A stretch of DNA of 51,045 bases from positions 1 through 51,045 of the forward strand of contig CAZMWM010000003.1 in NCBI GenBank assembly GCA_964570105.1, in the 5' to 3' direction. Below, one piece after another: positions 38,074-47,920 of this stretch; the first letter of the stretch is position 1, and the number at the start of each line of letters is the position of its first letter. This DNA comes from an uncultured Lachnospiraceae bacterium (GTDB taxonomy: Bacteria > Bacillota > Clostridia > Oscillospirales > CAG-272). The position numbers and the translations under genes are program-made. Below the pieces are notes generated by a model. It was not told the origin of the DNA. It saw only the letters and a program-made list of their open reading frames with translations, and searched no databases.

Positions 38074-39162
38074 TCAGTTGAAATAGAAGGGCTTTCCGCT
38101 CTTTGCGGACTCGTATATTCCCTCAAGTATCCTCGTAACACAGAACGCCTGCTCGGGAAGCACGCAGGGCTGAGTATCGTTCACAACTGCATCTATCCAC
38201 TGCCTTGCCTCAAGCTCTGACATATCCGCATTTCCGGTACCCTCGTAGAATGCGGCGCCGCCCACGTTCATATCGGGCTTGAATACGTACTGCCTACCGT
38301 TACGCACGCCGTTGATCTCAAGCCCGGAATCGGCAAGCTGAGCTGCACCGGCAAGCGTTCCGCAGATACTGGTCCTTGCCTCTCTGGTCTCGGTGGTATT
38401 GAGCGCCCAAGAGGACTCAAGGATGACGGTAGCACCGTTCTCCATCACGACAAATCCGAATGCACTGTCCTCGACCGTAAACTTTGCCGGATCCCAATTT
38501 CCCCATGCGTTGCCCTGATCGGTCTGGTCATTCAGAGCGTGATATGTAGTTCCGACGCAATATTTGGGCTTGTAGTTGTTCATCACCCAAAGCGTAAGGT
38601 CGAGCGCGTGGGTTCCTATATCTATAAGCGGACCTCCGCCCTGCTCGTATTCGTTAAGGAATACACCCCACGTGGGAACCGCTCTGCGACGGATAGCGTG
38701 CGCTTTGGCGAAATATATGTCGCCGAACGTACCCTCTTCAGCCTCGTGCTTCAGGTACTGTGAGTCGGCACGCTGACGGCTCTGGTAACCGATGGTGAGC
38801 TTTTTGCCCGTGCGGTTCGCCGCGTCTATCATCTTCTGCGCCTCGGCGGAATTTATCGCCATCGGCTTTTCGCACATAACATGCTTTCCTGCCTCGAGAG
38901 CGTCAACGGTTATAAAGCTGTGCGAACGGTTGGGAGTGCAGACGTGAACTACCTCTATGTCGCCGTCCTTAAGCAGCTCCTTGTAATCCGTGTACACCTT
39001 GGCATCCGCAGTACCGTACTTTTTCTTCGCTTCTTCCGCGCGTTCGGGAATTATGTCACAAAATGCGACCATCTGAACGTTTTTGAGCTTATGAAGCGAA
39101 GGCATATGCTTTCCGTTTGCAATTCCGCCGCATCCGATGATGCCCACTTTTACTGTTCTCAT
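38074..39162 (-). CDS. Gfo/Idh/MocA family oxidoreductase
   Basis: GIIGCGGIA, CEKP, GGGPLIDIGTH; start at ATG 39162. Confidence 0.92.
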   Translation of the reverse strand: MRTVKVGIIGCGGIANGKHMPSLHKLKNVQMVAFCDIIPERAEEAKKKYGTADAKVYTDYKELLKDGDIEVVHVCTPNRSHSFITVDALEAGKHVMCEKPMAINSAEAQKMIDAANRTGKKLTIGYQSRQRADSQYLKHEAEEGTFGDIYFAKAHAIRRRAVPTWGVFLNEYEQGGGPLIDIGTHALDLTLWVMNNYKPKYCVGTTYHALNDQTDQGNAWGNWDPAKFTVEDSAFGFVVMENGATVILESSWALNTTETREARTSICGTLAGAAQLADSGLEINGVRNGRQYVFKPDMNVGGAAFYEGTGNADMSELEARQWIDAVVNDTQPCVLPEQAFCVTRILEGIYESAKSGKPFYFN

Positions 39163-39294
39163 GATATTTGCTCCTTTCAAGCTCTGTTGTTTTGGTATTT
39201 ATAAAAATATTTATGATACCGAGATAAGTTTATACCGTTTGTGCGGATATGTCAAGAGAAATGATGTAATATCCAATAAATTCACCCAAGAGCA

Positions 39295-40854
39295 TCATCG
39301 CAGATCGAGAACGAGCTGTATCTCGCCGTCCTTCGGCGCGATCACGTGATCCGATGCGCGACCTGACACCTCGGCGCTGACACCCATGCTGTATTCAAAC
39401 CCATTATGGCGATAAGCAAATCCGATCTCCGTACGCTTTATATCCGTGCATCCCTTGCTCGTATATTTATGCTCCGATCCCTCAAACGCAGTGTCCGCAT
39501 CGTGCTCTCCGAGCTTATATGTCCACGACGCATCTCCCGTGATACTTATGCCGCCTTCGGTAAATACTATCCTCCCGAGCTTCCCGTTACGGTATTTGAC
39601 GTCGGCAACGAGCGTCCCGTCCGCTTCCTTGACATTCACTTCGGATACAGGCTCGTCACAAATGATACCGGCATCCTTTTCCTCCGATACCCAAAGACAT
39701 CCGTCCGCTATCGGAAGAGTGTCGTACCATGCGTCAAACCCATGAGTTCCTTCATTTAAGTACCGTTCCGCGTACCGTTCGTCGAATTTCGTTACGTCAC
39801 GCAGACGCAGCTCACCCTTTTCCAAGAACAGATCTGCCCGGTAATTCTTGCAGTTATACCAATAGGACTGCAGACCGAGACCGAGGCAATCTCTCGTGGC
39901 ACACAGCGCGGAAGGCGGCGTCTGCTTGAAATTATTTTTAAACCATTCACCGGTGTCTCCAAGCTTTTCGACCGTGATCGATCCGTCATCCACGCGCTTT
40001 CTGAGCTGTTCGAGCTGACGCATATATCCAACGCAGAAATTCTCCCAACCGAAAGAATTTTCCTGTCCGGTGGTTATATGCGCAAGCGAGAGAGACGGCT
40101 CGTCAAAATACGAGCTGAGCAGACATTCGATCTTATCAATATCCTTACCGCTGTCCGCATACGGCTCCAAGGTACACACTGTACCTCCGGCGCACTCCGG
40201 ACGCGCCCGTTTGTCATAGCTGAATATCGGATCGATACCGAGCATCCGAAAAACGGGGACCTTTATCGCATATTCATCCGATTGCGCAGGTGAGAGCATA
40301 TTGAGCTTCGACGGGTAATATCCACCGCTGTAATATCCTCCCCAAAGCGTATACGCATCGACCGCATGCTGTTCCCTGCATATACAGAACGCCTTCATTT
40401 CGTATTTTTCGCTCATATATCTTATCGAATAAGCATCAAGGAGCCAGCTTCCGGCTACCTTGGGATACTCACCGAAGATATCCTTGAATTTCGAAAACAC
40501 AGCATCGATTATCTTCTCGCGTTCCGCAGGAGAATATCCCATCAAAAATCCCGGGTATACGTACCAATCCCAATCATATCCCTCGCGACCGCCCCACTCA
40601 AGCCCGATGCTCTCTATAAGCTCACGGCAATTTTCAAACCAAACGCCAAGCTCGGTAGCCTCATCGCGCGAGCGCAAAAACAGTTCTCTGAAGTCCTCAC
40701 GTTGCATAGCGTCGTATTGCAACAGAAACGTATGCGCAAGCCCTGCCGCCTTATCGGCTTCGAGCTGTTTTGCAACGGGAGTATAAAGATCCATCTCCAT
40801 ACGCGGCTCGATGCCTCTGACAAAGTTAACGAGATTTACAACCTTTCTTCCCAA
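39295..40854 (-). CDS. Hypothetical protein, possibly carbohydrate-active
   Basis: 519 aa, aromatic-rich N-terminal half (TFLLQYDA, ELGVWFE, FGEYP, YTLWGGY) suggestive of a NodB/GH57-like barrel; assignment is inference. Confidence 0.65.
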   Translation of the reverse strand: MGRKVVNLVNFVRGIEPRMEMDLYTPVAKQLEADKAAGLAHTFLLQYDAMQREDFRELFLRSRDEATELGVWFENCRELIESIGLEWGGREGYDWDWYVYPGFLMGYSPAEREKIIDAVFSKFKDIFGEYPKVAGSWLLDAYSIRYMSEKYEMKAFCICREQHAVDAYTLWGGYYSGGYYPSKLNMLSPAQSDEYAIKVPVFRMLGIDPIFSYDKRARPECAGGTVCTLEPYADSGKDIDKIECLLSSYFDEPSLSLAHITTGQENSFGWENFCVGYMRQLEQLRKRVDDGSITVEKLGDTGEWFKNNFKQTPPSALCATRDCLGLGLQSYWYNCKNYRADLFLEKGELRLRDVTKFDERYAERYLNEGTHGFDAWYDTLPIADGCLWVSEEKDAGIICDEPVSEVNVKEADGTLVADVKYRNGKLGRIVFTEGGISITGDASWTYKLGEHDADTAFEGSEHKYTSKGCTDIKRTEIGFAYRHNGFEYSMGVSAEVSGRASDHVIAPKDGEIQLVLDLR

Positions 40855-40920
40855 AACTCAATGTCCTCCTCGGTGTATTTATGTTCCAAATATGTTGTAT
40901 GTCCGATGCTCGGGCAAGGC

Positions 40921-41646
40921 TTAGCCCTCCCAATTGTGATATACCTGCTGAACGTCGTCGTCCTCATCCAGCTTGTCGAGCAGGAGCGTCATATATTTGA
41001 CATCCTCTTCGCTCGAAAGCTCTACGTAGTTCGAAGGTATCTTTGCCAGATCGGCGCCAGAGAGCTTGATATTCTTAGCCATGAGTGCATCGCGCACCGC
41101 CGAAAGCTCTTCGGGATCCGTCGTGATCTCGTAACTCTCCTCGTCCTCGGATGAAAAATCCTCCGCTCCCGCGTCAAGCGCTATCTCCATCACCTCATCC
41201 TCGGAAAGCTCGCAGTCCTCGCGATCGATGGTGATGACACCCTTTTCCGTGAACATAAATCCCACGCATCCGGTAGTCCCGAGATTACCGTGGAACTTCG
41301 AAAAATAGGCCCTTACGTTACCGATGGTACGGTTTGTATTGTCCGTCGCAGTCTCGACTATGACCGCAACTCCGCCGGGACCGTAGCCCTCGTACGTTAT
41401 CTCCTTATATTCCTTCTTCTCTTCGGTCGCCTTTTTGATTATACGGTCGATGTTGTCGTTCGGAACGTTGTTTGCCTTAGCCTTGACTATCAGCTCTCGA
41501 AGCTTGCTGTTGGACGCAGGATTTGCTCCGCCTTCGCGTATGGCTATAGCCATCTCCTTTCCGATCTTGGTAAAGACCTTTGCTCTTGCCGCATCGGTCT
41601 TGGATTTTTTCGCCTGTATATTGTGCCATTTGCTATGTCCTGACAT
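40921..41646 (-). CDS. yebC: YebC/PmpR family protein
   Basis: MSGHSKWHNI, YEGYGPGG, TDNTNRT, DDDVQQVYHN. Confidence 0.96.
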   Translation of the reverse strand: MSGHSKWHNIQAKKSKTDAARAKVFTKIGKEMAIAIREGGANPASNSKLRELIVKAKANNVPNDNIDRIIKKATEEKKEYKEITYEGYGPGGVAVIVETATDNTNRTIGNVRAYFSKFHGNLGTTGCVGFMFTEKGVITIDREDCELSEDEVMEIALDAGAEDFSSEDEESYEITTDPEELSAVRDALMAKNIKLSGADLAKIPSNYVELSSEEDVKYMTLLLDKLDEDDDVQQVYHNWEG

Positions 41647-41704
41647 ACTGTTGTTTCCCTTCGTTTATCTTTTTATTTTTTTACTTTTACTTTTACTTTT
41701 TGCG

Positions 41705-43450
41705 TCATATCTTTTCCGGCGCTTTCATGCATATAAGACCGAACGCCGACTTCAACACGTGCCCCGTAGCCCGTGTGAGCTTCAAACGGGTAACGCGCAC
41801 TTCCTTCTCCTCTGCACCGAGGACGGTGCAATCATGATAGAAACGGTTAAACTCCGTAGCCACCTCGAATATATACCTCGTGATGATCGACGGCTCGTAC
41901 GCATCGAGTGCCGCCTTTACCTTTTCGGGAAAGAGTGCGAGCGTTTTAAGCAACGAAAATTCTTCGTCAGCCGTCATCTTGACCTCAAAGTCGAGATCCT
42001 CGACCGCCGACTTATCGTCATCCGAAGCCTTGGAAAGTATACTGCATGTACGCGCGTAGGTGTACTGAGCGTACGGTCCTGTATTTCCGTCGAAGCTCAA
42101 GGCATCCTCAACGGTAAAATCGATATTCTTTATCCTGCCTCCCGAGAGATAATGGTACACCACGGCTCCGACACCAACAGCCTCGGCAGAAGCGTTGGCG
42201 GCGTCATCCGTAAGCTCGGGATTTTTCTCACCGGCGATCTGCTTTACCTTTTCCACGGCGGTCTTGAACAGATCCTTCAGCAGAATAACGTTTCCGGTAC
42301 GGGTGGCAAGCTTTTCACCGCCGATGGATACCTTTCCGTAAGGCACGTGAACGAGCTGTTTCTCCCAATCGTAGCCCATAAGCGAGATCACCTTGAACCA
42401 CTGCTTGAAATGCAGGCTCTGACCGGCATCGGTGACGTATATGCATTTATCAAAGCTGTACGTTTGCTTACGGTAGATAGCCGCGGCAATGTCACGCGCC
42501 GCGTAAAGCGTGGAGCCGTCGGATTTAAGCACGAGACATGGCGGCATACCGTATTCCTCAAGGTCTATTATCGTAGCTCCGTCGTCGAGCTTGAGTATAT
42601 CACGCTCGCGCATACGCTCAAGGACCGCCGGGAGCTTATCGTAATAGAACGACTCTCCGCAGTAGCTGTCGAACTCTATACCAAGCTGAGCGTACGTTTT
42701 TTTGTATTCGGTGAGTGATATCTCGATAAACCATTTCCAAAGCTTGCGGTTATCTTCGTCACCGTGCTCAAGCTTGGTAAATTCCTCTCTTGCGCGTTCG
42801 TTCAGCGACGCATCCTTTTCCGCTTCGCTGTGAAAGCGCACGTAAAGAGCCACAAGCTCATCTATCCCTCGCTCGATCACCGTATGCTCGTCTCCCCATT
42901 CGCGATACGCCACGATCAGCTTACCGAACTGCGTTCCCCAATCTCCGAGATGATTTACTCCGACACATTTGTAACCCGAAAATTCATGGAGACGTTTTAT
43001 CGAATGACCTATTACGGTAGTACCGAGATGCCCTATATGGAACGGCTTTGCCACGTTAGGCGAGGAATAGTCGAGAACGACCGTTTTCCCCTTCCCTTCA
43101 TCAGACGAGCCGAAGCGTTCGCCCTCTCCGAGTATAGTTTTCAGCGTGCAGTCCGCAAAAACGCCCTTATCAAGATAAAAATTCAAGTATCCGCCGGCTA
43201 CCTCGATCCGCGAGAGTATATCACCACCGTTCACAAGCATCTGTTCGCGCAGGGATGCGGCAATGACCGGTGGCGCTTTGCGCATCGTCTTGCTGAGCTT
43301 AAAACAAGGAAGCGCTATATCCCCCATCTCCGGATCGGGCGGATATTCAAGCATTTCCGCGATCGCGGTCGCATCGAGCGTTTCGGGAGCGCCAAGTCCA
43401 TTCAACGCATCGCAGATCAGCACCGAGAGCTGTTTTTTCTGAAATTCCAT
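41705..43450 (-). CDS. argS: Arginine--tRNA ligase
   Basis: DYSSPNVAKPFHIGH, GDWGTQFG, GNTGPYAQY; ATG 43450 with AGGAGG SD. Confidence 0.97.
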   Translation of the reverse strand: MEFQKKQLSVLICDALNGLGAPETLDATAIAEMLEYPPDPEMGDIALPCFKLSKTMRKAPPVIAASLREQMLVNGGDILSRIEVAGGYLNFYLDKGVFADCTLKTILGEGERFGSSDEGKGKTVVLDYSSPNVAKPFHIGHLGTTVIGHSIKRLHEFSGYKCVGVNHLGDWGTQFGKLIVAYREWGDEHTVIERGIDELVALYVRFHSEAEKDASLNERAREEFTKLEHGDEDNRKLWKWFIEISLTEYKKTYAQLGIEFDSYCGESFYYDKLPAVLERMRERDILKLDDGATIIDLEEYGMPPCLVLKSDGSTLYAARDIAAAIYRKQTYSFDKCIYVTDAGQSLHFKQWFKVISLMGYDWEKQLVHVPYGKVSIGGEKLATRTGNVILLKDLFKTAVEKVKQIAGEKNPELTDDAANASAEAVGVGAVVYHYLSGGRIKNIDFTVEDALSFDGNTGPYAQYTYARTCSILSKASDDDKSAVEDLDFEVKMTADEEFSLLKTLALFPEKVKAALDAYEPSIITRYIFEVATEFNRFYHDCTVLGAEEKEVRVTRLKLTRATGHVLKSAFGLICMKAPEKI

Positions 43451-43536
43451 TTTGACAGTATCTCCTCCTACAGAAAATGAGCGTTTCGCACGGTAATACC
43501 GCAAACGCCGTATTATCGGTCAGCATAACTCATTTT

Positions 43537-43565
43537 ATTATAGCACAGATCAAATATTATTTCAA
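43537..43565 (-). promoter_or_regulatory. argS promoter
   Basis: TTGAAA-N17-TATAAT with TGn extension. Confidence 0.7.
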
Positions 43566-43681
43566 GAGTTATTTTTCATTTTTCGTTTGAATTTTTTGCT
43601 TTTTCACCCGTTCCGTAGTCCGTTATAAAAATTTCACACCGCAAAAAACAGACCTGACCGCAAATTTGTATATTATTTCCA

Positions 43682-43710
43682 TTGACAACGAAGTTTCAAA
43701 GTGTTATAAT
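43682..43710 (+). promoter_or_regulatory. Promoter of the glm cluster
   Basis: TTGACA-N17-TATAAT with TGn extension. Confidence 0.85.
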
Positions 43711-43760
43711 TATATGTATACACGACTGACCAAGGTCGAAAACACACGAAAGGATACGCG

Positions 43761-44438
43761 ATGCAAAGCTATATACTTGAAAATTATTCGTTGGTAAATA
43801 CGGTAGCCGCAGAGCTTTTCAAGGATGTATCATATCCTCACGAGGTCCTGCCGCATATCAGTGATTTCATAAAAAAGTTGGGTGCCTCCCTGCCAACAGA
43901 GCTGTACGATAATCCGTCGGAAAACGTTTGGATCGCAAAAAGCGCAAAGGTCGCTCCGACCGCATACATAGGCTCTCCTTGCATAATAGACGAAAACGCG
44001 GAAGTGCGCCACTGCGCATTCATCCGCGGCTCCGCCATAATCGGAAAAGGCGCGGTCGTCGGGAACAGCACCGAGCTTAAGAACGTCGTGCTGTTTGACA
44101 GCGTTCAAGTCCCTCATTATAACTATGTTGGCGACTCCGTGCTCGGTCACCGTGCACATATGGGCGCCGGCTCCATAACCTCAAACGTTAAGAGCGATAA
44201 AACGACCGTATCAGTTGATTACGGAAACGGAAGATACGACTCCGGAAGAAAAAAGATAGGCGCGATGCTCGGAGACGGCGTCGAGGTGGGCTGCAATTCC
44301 GTGTTAAATCCCGGAACGGTCATCGCCGTAGGCTCAAGAGTATATCCGCTCTCTTCCGTACGCGGATATATACCGAAAAACAGCATTTACAAGAGCCGCG
44401 GAGAAATAACGGCTATAAACAGTCAAAGGAGAATATAA
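43761..44438 (+). CDS. GlmU-like left-handed beta-helix acetyltransferase without nucleotidyltransferase domain
   Basis: Hexapeptide repeats, GNSTELKN, PHYNYVGDS, GAGSITSN, GCNSVLNPG; only 225 aa. Confidence 0.82.
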   Translation: MQSYILENYSLVNTVAAELFKDVSYPHEVLPHISDFIKKLGASLPTELYDNPSENVWIAKSAKVAPTAYIGSPCIIDENAEVRHCAFIRGSAIIGKGAVVGNSTELKNVVLFDSVQVPHYNYVGDSVLGHRAHMGAGSITSNVKSDKTTVSVDYGNGRYDSGRKKIGAMLGDGVEVGCNSVLNPGTVIAVGSRVYPLSSVRGYIPKNSIYKSRGEITAINSQRRI

Positions 44439-44440
44439 CG

Positions 44441-45790
44441 ATGGGAAGATTATTCGGAACCGACGGAGTACGCGGCATCGCGAATTCCGAGCTTACCTGC
44501 GAGCTTGCGATGTCGATAGGACGGGCAACCGCCACGGTACTGCGCAAAAAGAACGGCGAACAGTTGAGAGTGCTCGTCGGCTGTGATACGCGCCTTTCTT
44601 CGGACATGATATGTATGGCGATACTTTCCGGTCTTTGCTCTGCCGGAGCCAACGCTTGTTACCTCGGCTCTGTGGCAACGCCTGCGGTAGCTTATCTCAC
44701 ACAAAAGCTGAATGCCGACGCAGGTATCATGATAAGTGCTTCACACAACCCATCCGAATATAACGGAATAAAGATATTCTCATCGGACGGCTTCAAGCTT
44801 CCGGATGAGCTTGAAGAAAAGATAGAGTCGCTTATAGCGGAAAAAGATGCGTTCCCTGCTCCGATAGGTGCAGGAATAGGAAAAGTAGACCTCACCACCT
44901 CAAAGGAATACAAGAGCTACGTGAGATACCTCAGAGATGCCGTCCCCGACGACCTTTCAGGTCTGAAGATAGCCATTGACTGCGCAAACGGCTCCGCAAG
45001 CCGCACGGCTCCTCAGCTTTTCGCCGAGACCGGTGCGCTCGTTCACGTGCTTTCCGCAAATCCCGACGGTATCAATATAAATTCCGAGTGCGGCTCTACG
45101 CATCTCGAACAGCTCATCGATTTCGTAAAACGCAACGAGCTTGACGCCGGATTTGCTTTTGACGGTGACGCAGACCGTTGTCTTTGCATCTCCGCTGACG
45201 GAAGCATCATCGACGGCGATATGATAATGGCTATGTGCGCACTCGATATGAAGCAGAACGGAAAGCTCAAGAACAACACCGTCGTCGGAACGGTGATGAC
45301 GAATTTCGGATTTACCGGCTTCTGCCGAAATAACGGCATAGATTTTATAGCCACCAAGGTCGGTGACCGTTTCGTGCTCGAGGAGATGCTGGTCGGTAAT
45401 TTTATGCTCGGAGGCGAACAGTCCGGACATATCATATTCCGCGAATTTGCCACCACGGGCGACGGTCAGCTCACGGCTTTGCAGGTGCTCTCTCTTATGA
45501 AGAGAAGCGGAAAGACACTTTCCGAGCTTGCTTCCGTTATGCAAAAGTATCCACAGGTCATCATCAACCTCAAGATCAGCGCCGACGCAAAGCTTAGATT
45601 TTTCACCGATCCCGACGTAAAGGAAGTCATGGAAAAGGCATCCGCGCGTCTCGGTGAGACGGGCAGACTGCTGGTACGTCCTTCCGGCACCGAGCCTCTT
45701 CTCAGGGTGATGGCAGAAGGACAGGATCGAGCGCTCATCGAAGAGATAGCGCACGAGGTTGCAGACAAGATCGCACAGCTCCTGAAATGA
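44441..45790 (+). CDS. glmM: Phosphoglucosamine mutase
   Basis: FGTDGVRG, ISASHNP, DGDADR, GGEQSGH, RPSGTEP. Confidence 0.96.
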   Translation: MGRLFGTDGVRGIANSELTCELAMSIGRATATVLRKKNGEQLRVLVGCDTRLSSDMICMAILSGLCSAGANACYLGSVATPAVAYLTQKLNADAGIMISASHNPSEYNGIKIFSSDGFKLPDELEEKIESLIAEKDAFPAPIGAGIGKVDLTTSKEYKSYVRYLRDAVPDDLSGLKIAIDCANGSASRTAPQLFAETGALVHVLSANPDGININSECGSTHLEQLIDFVKRNELDAGFAFDGDADRCLCISADGSIIDGDMIMAMCALDMKQNGKLKNNTVVGTVMTNFGFTGFCRNNGIDFIATKVGDRFVLEEMLVGNFMLGGEQSGHIIFREFATTGDGQLTALQVLSLMKRSGKTLSELASVMQKYPQVIINLKISADAKLRFFTDPDVKEVMEKASARLGETGRLLVRPSGTEPLLRVMAEGQDRALIEEIAHEVADKIAQLLK

Positions 45791-45921
45791 TCGTGCTCCG
45801 CCCATACATAAAAGCGTACGGGCAAATTCTTTTTATACCGTTCATCATTCGAGCGCAAAACGCTCCGAAACCACCGCTCCACACTTGTATCTATATACAT
45901 CCATAATGAAAGGTTTATCAT

Positions 45922-47691
45922 ATGTGCGGAATAATAGGCTTCAGCGGTACACAGACCGCATACAGATACGTATACGAAGGCTTACTTCGTCTTGAATACA
46001 GAGGCTACGACAGCGCAGGCGTCGCATATCACAAAAACGGCGGCTTTGAGATAATAAAGGAAAAAGGTCGCGTTGCCGAGGTGTTGCCCACCGATACACA
46101 GATCGACGCGGATACCGTCATAGGACACACACGTTGGGCTACCCACGGTGCACCGTGCGCCAGAAACGCCCACCCACACGCCGTTGGAAAGGTATGTATA
46201 GTACACAACGGTATAATCGAAAATTACGCTTCCCTTCGCGAACGCGTGACAGCCAACGGAACGAAAATCGTATCCGATACCGACACCGAGATCGCTTGCG
46301 CTCTGATATCCGAATATTACGATAAACTGAACGATCCTATAAAGGCGCTCTCCGCGGCATGCAAGGAGATGAGCGGCTCATATGCGCTCTGTGTAATGTT
46401 TGCGGATATCCCGGGAAGGATATACGCCACGCGCAAGGAAAGCCCCCTGCTCATAGTGCCGTTCGACAACATAACGGCTATATGCTCCGACCTTACCGCG
46501 ATAGATATGAACTATTCCTCGTATTACATTCCGGATGAAAACGAGATAGCCGAGATATCGGGAAGCCAACGGACGTTTTACGATTTTTACGGAAAGAAGC
46601 TGATAAAGGCGCCGATCACCGGAAACGCACGCTCATACAGCTCGTCGCTCGACGGCTTCTCCAGCTATATGGAAAAGGAGATATACGTCCAGCCCGAGAT
46701 CATCTCGCGACTGCTCAGAGAGTACGCACCCAACGGTACGGTAAGCTTCGGCTTTGAGCTTCCGCATTTTTCAAAACTCAGGATGATCGCCTGTGGAACG
46801 GCTTATCACGCCGCTCTGACCGCATCACACTTCTTCCGCAGTCAGGCAAAGATACACACGGAATGCTTTCTTGCATCCGAATTCAGATATGCGGAGTTCA
46901 TTCCCGAGGATGACGCGCTCTACGTGGTGATATCGCAATCCGGCGAGACCGCCGACACGATAGCGGCAATGCGTCATATACAAGCTCACGGCGAGCGTGT
47001 GCTCGGAATAGTGAACGCTCCCAATTCCACCATTGAGCGCGAAGCCGATCTCGTGATACAAACTCTCGCAGGAGCGGAGCTTGCCGTTGCAAGCACCAAA
47101 GCATTCACGGCTCAGGTGCTGACGCTCGTACTGCTCTGCGCGGCGGTATCGGGGAATAACAGCGCAGACGCATTCCTTCCTATAACCGAGGCGATATCAG
47201 CCACTATAGCAGATCGCGAAAGGCTCGGACGCGTGTCAGCCGCGCTCGCCGAAAGCGAACACGCCTATTATATAGGAAGGCAGGTGGATCACGCACTCGC
47301 ATGTGAAGGCTCTCTCAAGCTTAAAGAGATAACCTATATACACAGCGAAGCCATCGCCGCCGGCGAGCTTAAGCACGGCACACTGTCTCTCATAACCCAC
47401 GGCACCCCGGTGATAGCTGTGATAACACACTCCTCCACGGTCTCAAAGCTGGTCTCGAATATCGAAGAGATAATCTCAAGAGGTGGAAATGTGTTTGCCA
47501 TCTCCACACCTGCCGATCGTCCGAAATGCTTGCCGGATGAGAATTGCATACTCCTACCGAACGGTAGCGAGCTGACCTCGCTTTTTACGGCTACCGTCGC
47601 ACTGCAAATGATAGCTCTGAACACCGCCACACGGCTCAACAGAGACGTCGATAAGCCCCGTAACCTGGCGAAATCAGTCACCGTCGAATGA
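45922..47691 (+). CDS. glmS: Glutamine--fructose-6-phosphate aminotransferase
   Basis: MCGI, LEYRGYDSAG, GHTRWATHG, SQSGETAD, PRNLAKSVTVE. Confidence 0.97.
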   Translation: MCGIIGFSGTQTAYRYVYEGLLRLEYRGYDSAGVAYHKNGGFEIIKEKGRVAEVLPTDTQIDADTVIGHTRWATHGAPCARNAHPHAVGKVCIVHNGIIENYASLRERVTANGTKIVSDTDTEIACALISEYYDKLNDPIKALSAACKEMSGSYALCVMFADIPGRIYATRKESPLLIVPFDNITAICSDLTAIDMNYSSYYIPDENEIAEISGSQRTFYDFYGKKLIKAPITGNARSYSSSLDGFSSYMEKEIYVQPEIISRLLREYAPNGTVSFGFELPHFSKLRMIACGTAYHAALTASHFFRSQAKIHTECFLASEFRYAEFIPEDDALYVVISQSGETADTIAAMRHIQAHGERVLGIVNAPNSTIEREADLVIQTLAGAELAVASTKAFTAQVLTLVLLCAAVSGNNSADAFLPITEAISATIADRERLGRVSAALAESEHAYYIGRQVDHALACEGSLKLKEITYIHSEAIAAGELKHGTLSLITHGTPVIAVITHSSTVSKLVSNIEEIISRGGNVFAISTPADRPKCLPDENCILLPNGSELTSLFTATVALQMIALNTATRLNRDVDKPRNLAKSVTVE

Positions 47692-47773
47692 ATTTTGTGT
47701 GATATCCACAAAACGAGCGTTGTAGAATTATGTAAATTCGTCTGTTATCCGAAAATATTTTTCAGAAACCCCC

Positions 47774-47802
47774 TTGCAAAAATCCGTCAAATCGTGTATA
47801 AT
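47774..47802 (+). promoter_or_regulatory. xpt promoter
   Basis: TTGCAA-N17-TATAAT. Confidence 0.7.
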
Positions 47803-47920
47803 GACCTTATATTGATCTTAGCTCCGATGTATATCGGACGATTTTAAAAGGTTATCGGCAGGATGTGATCGAAAATATTCTGCCGCTCATTTTTTTAACG
47901 CCAAGGAGGGATATCGGCAT

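Noticed and set aside
43451-43536. T-box upstream of argS
   Set aside because: Leader is under 90 nt with no T-box sequence or terminator
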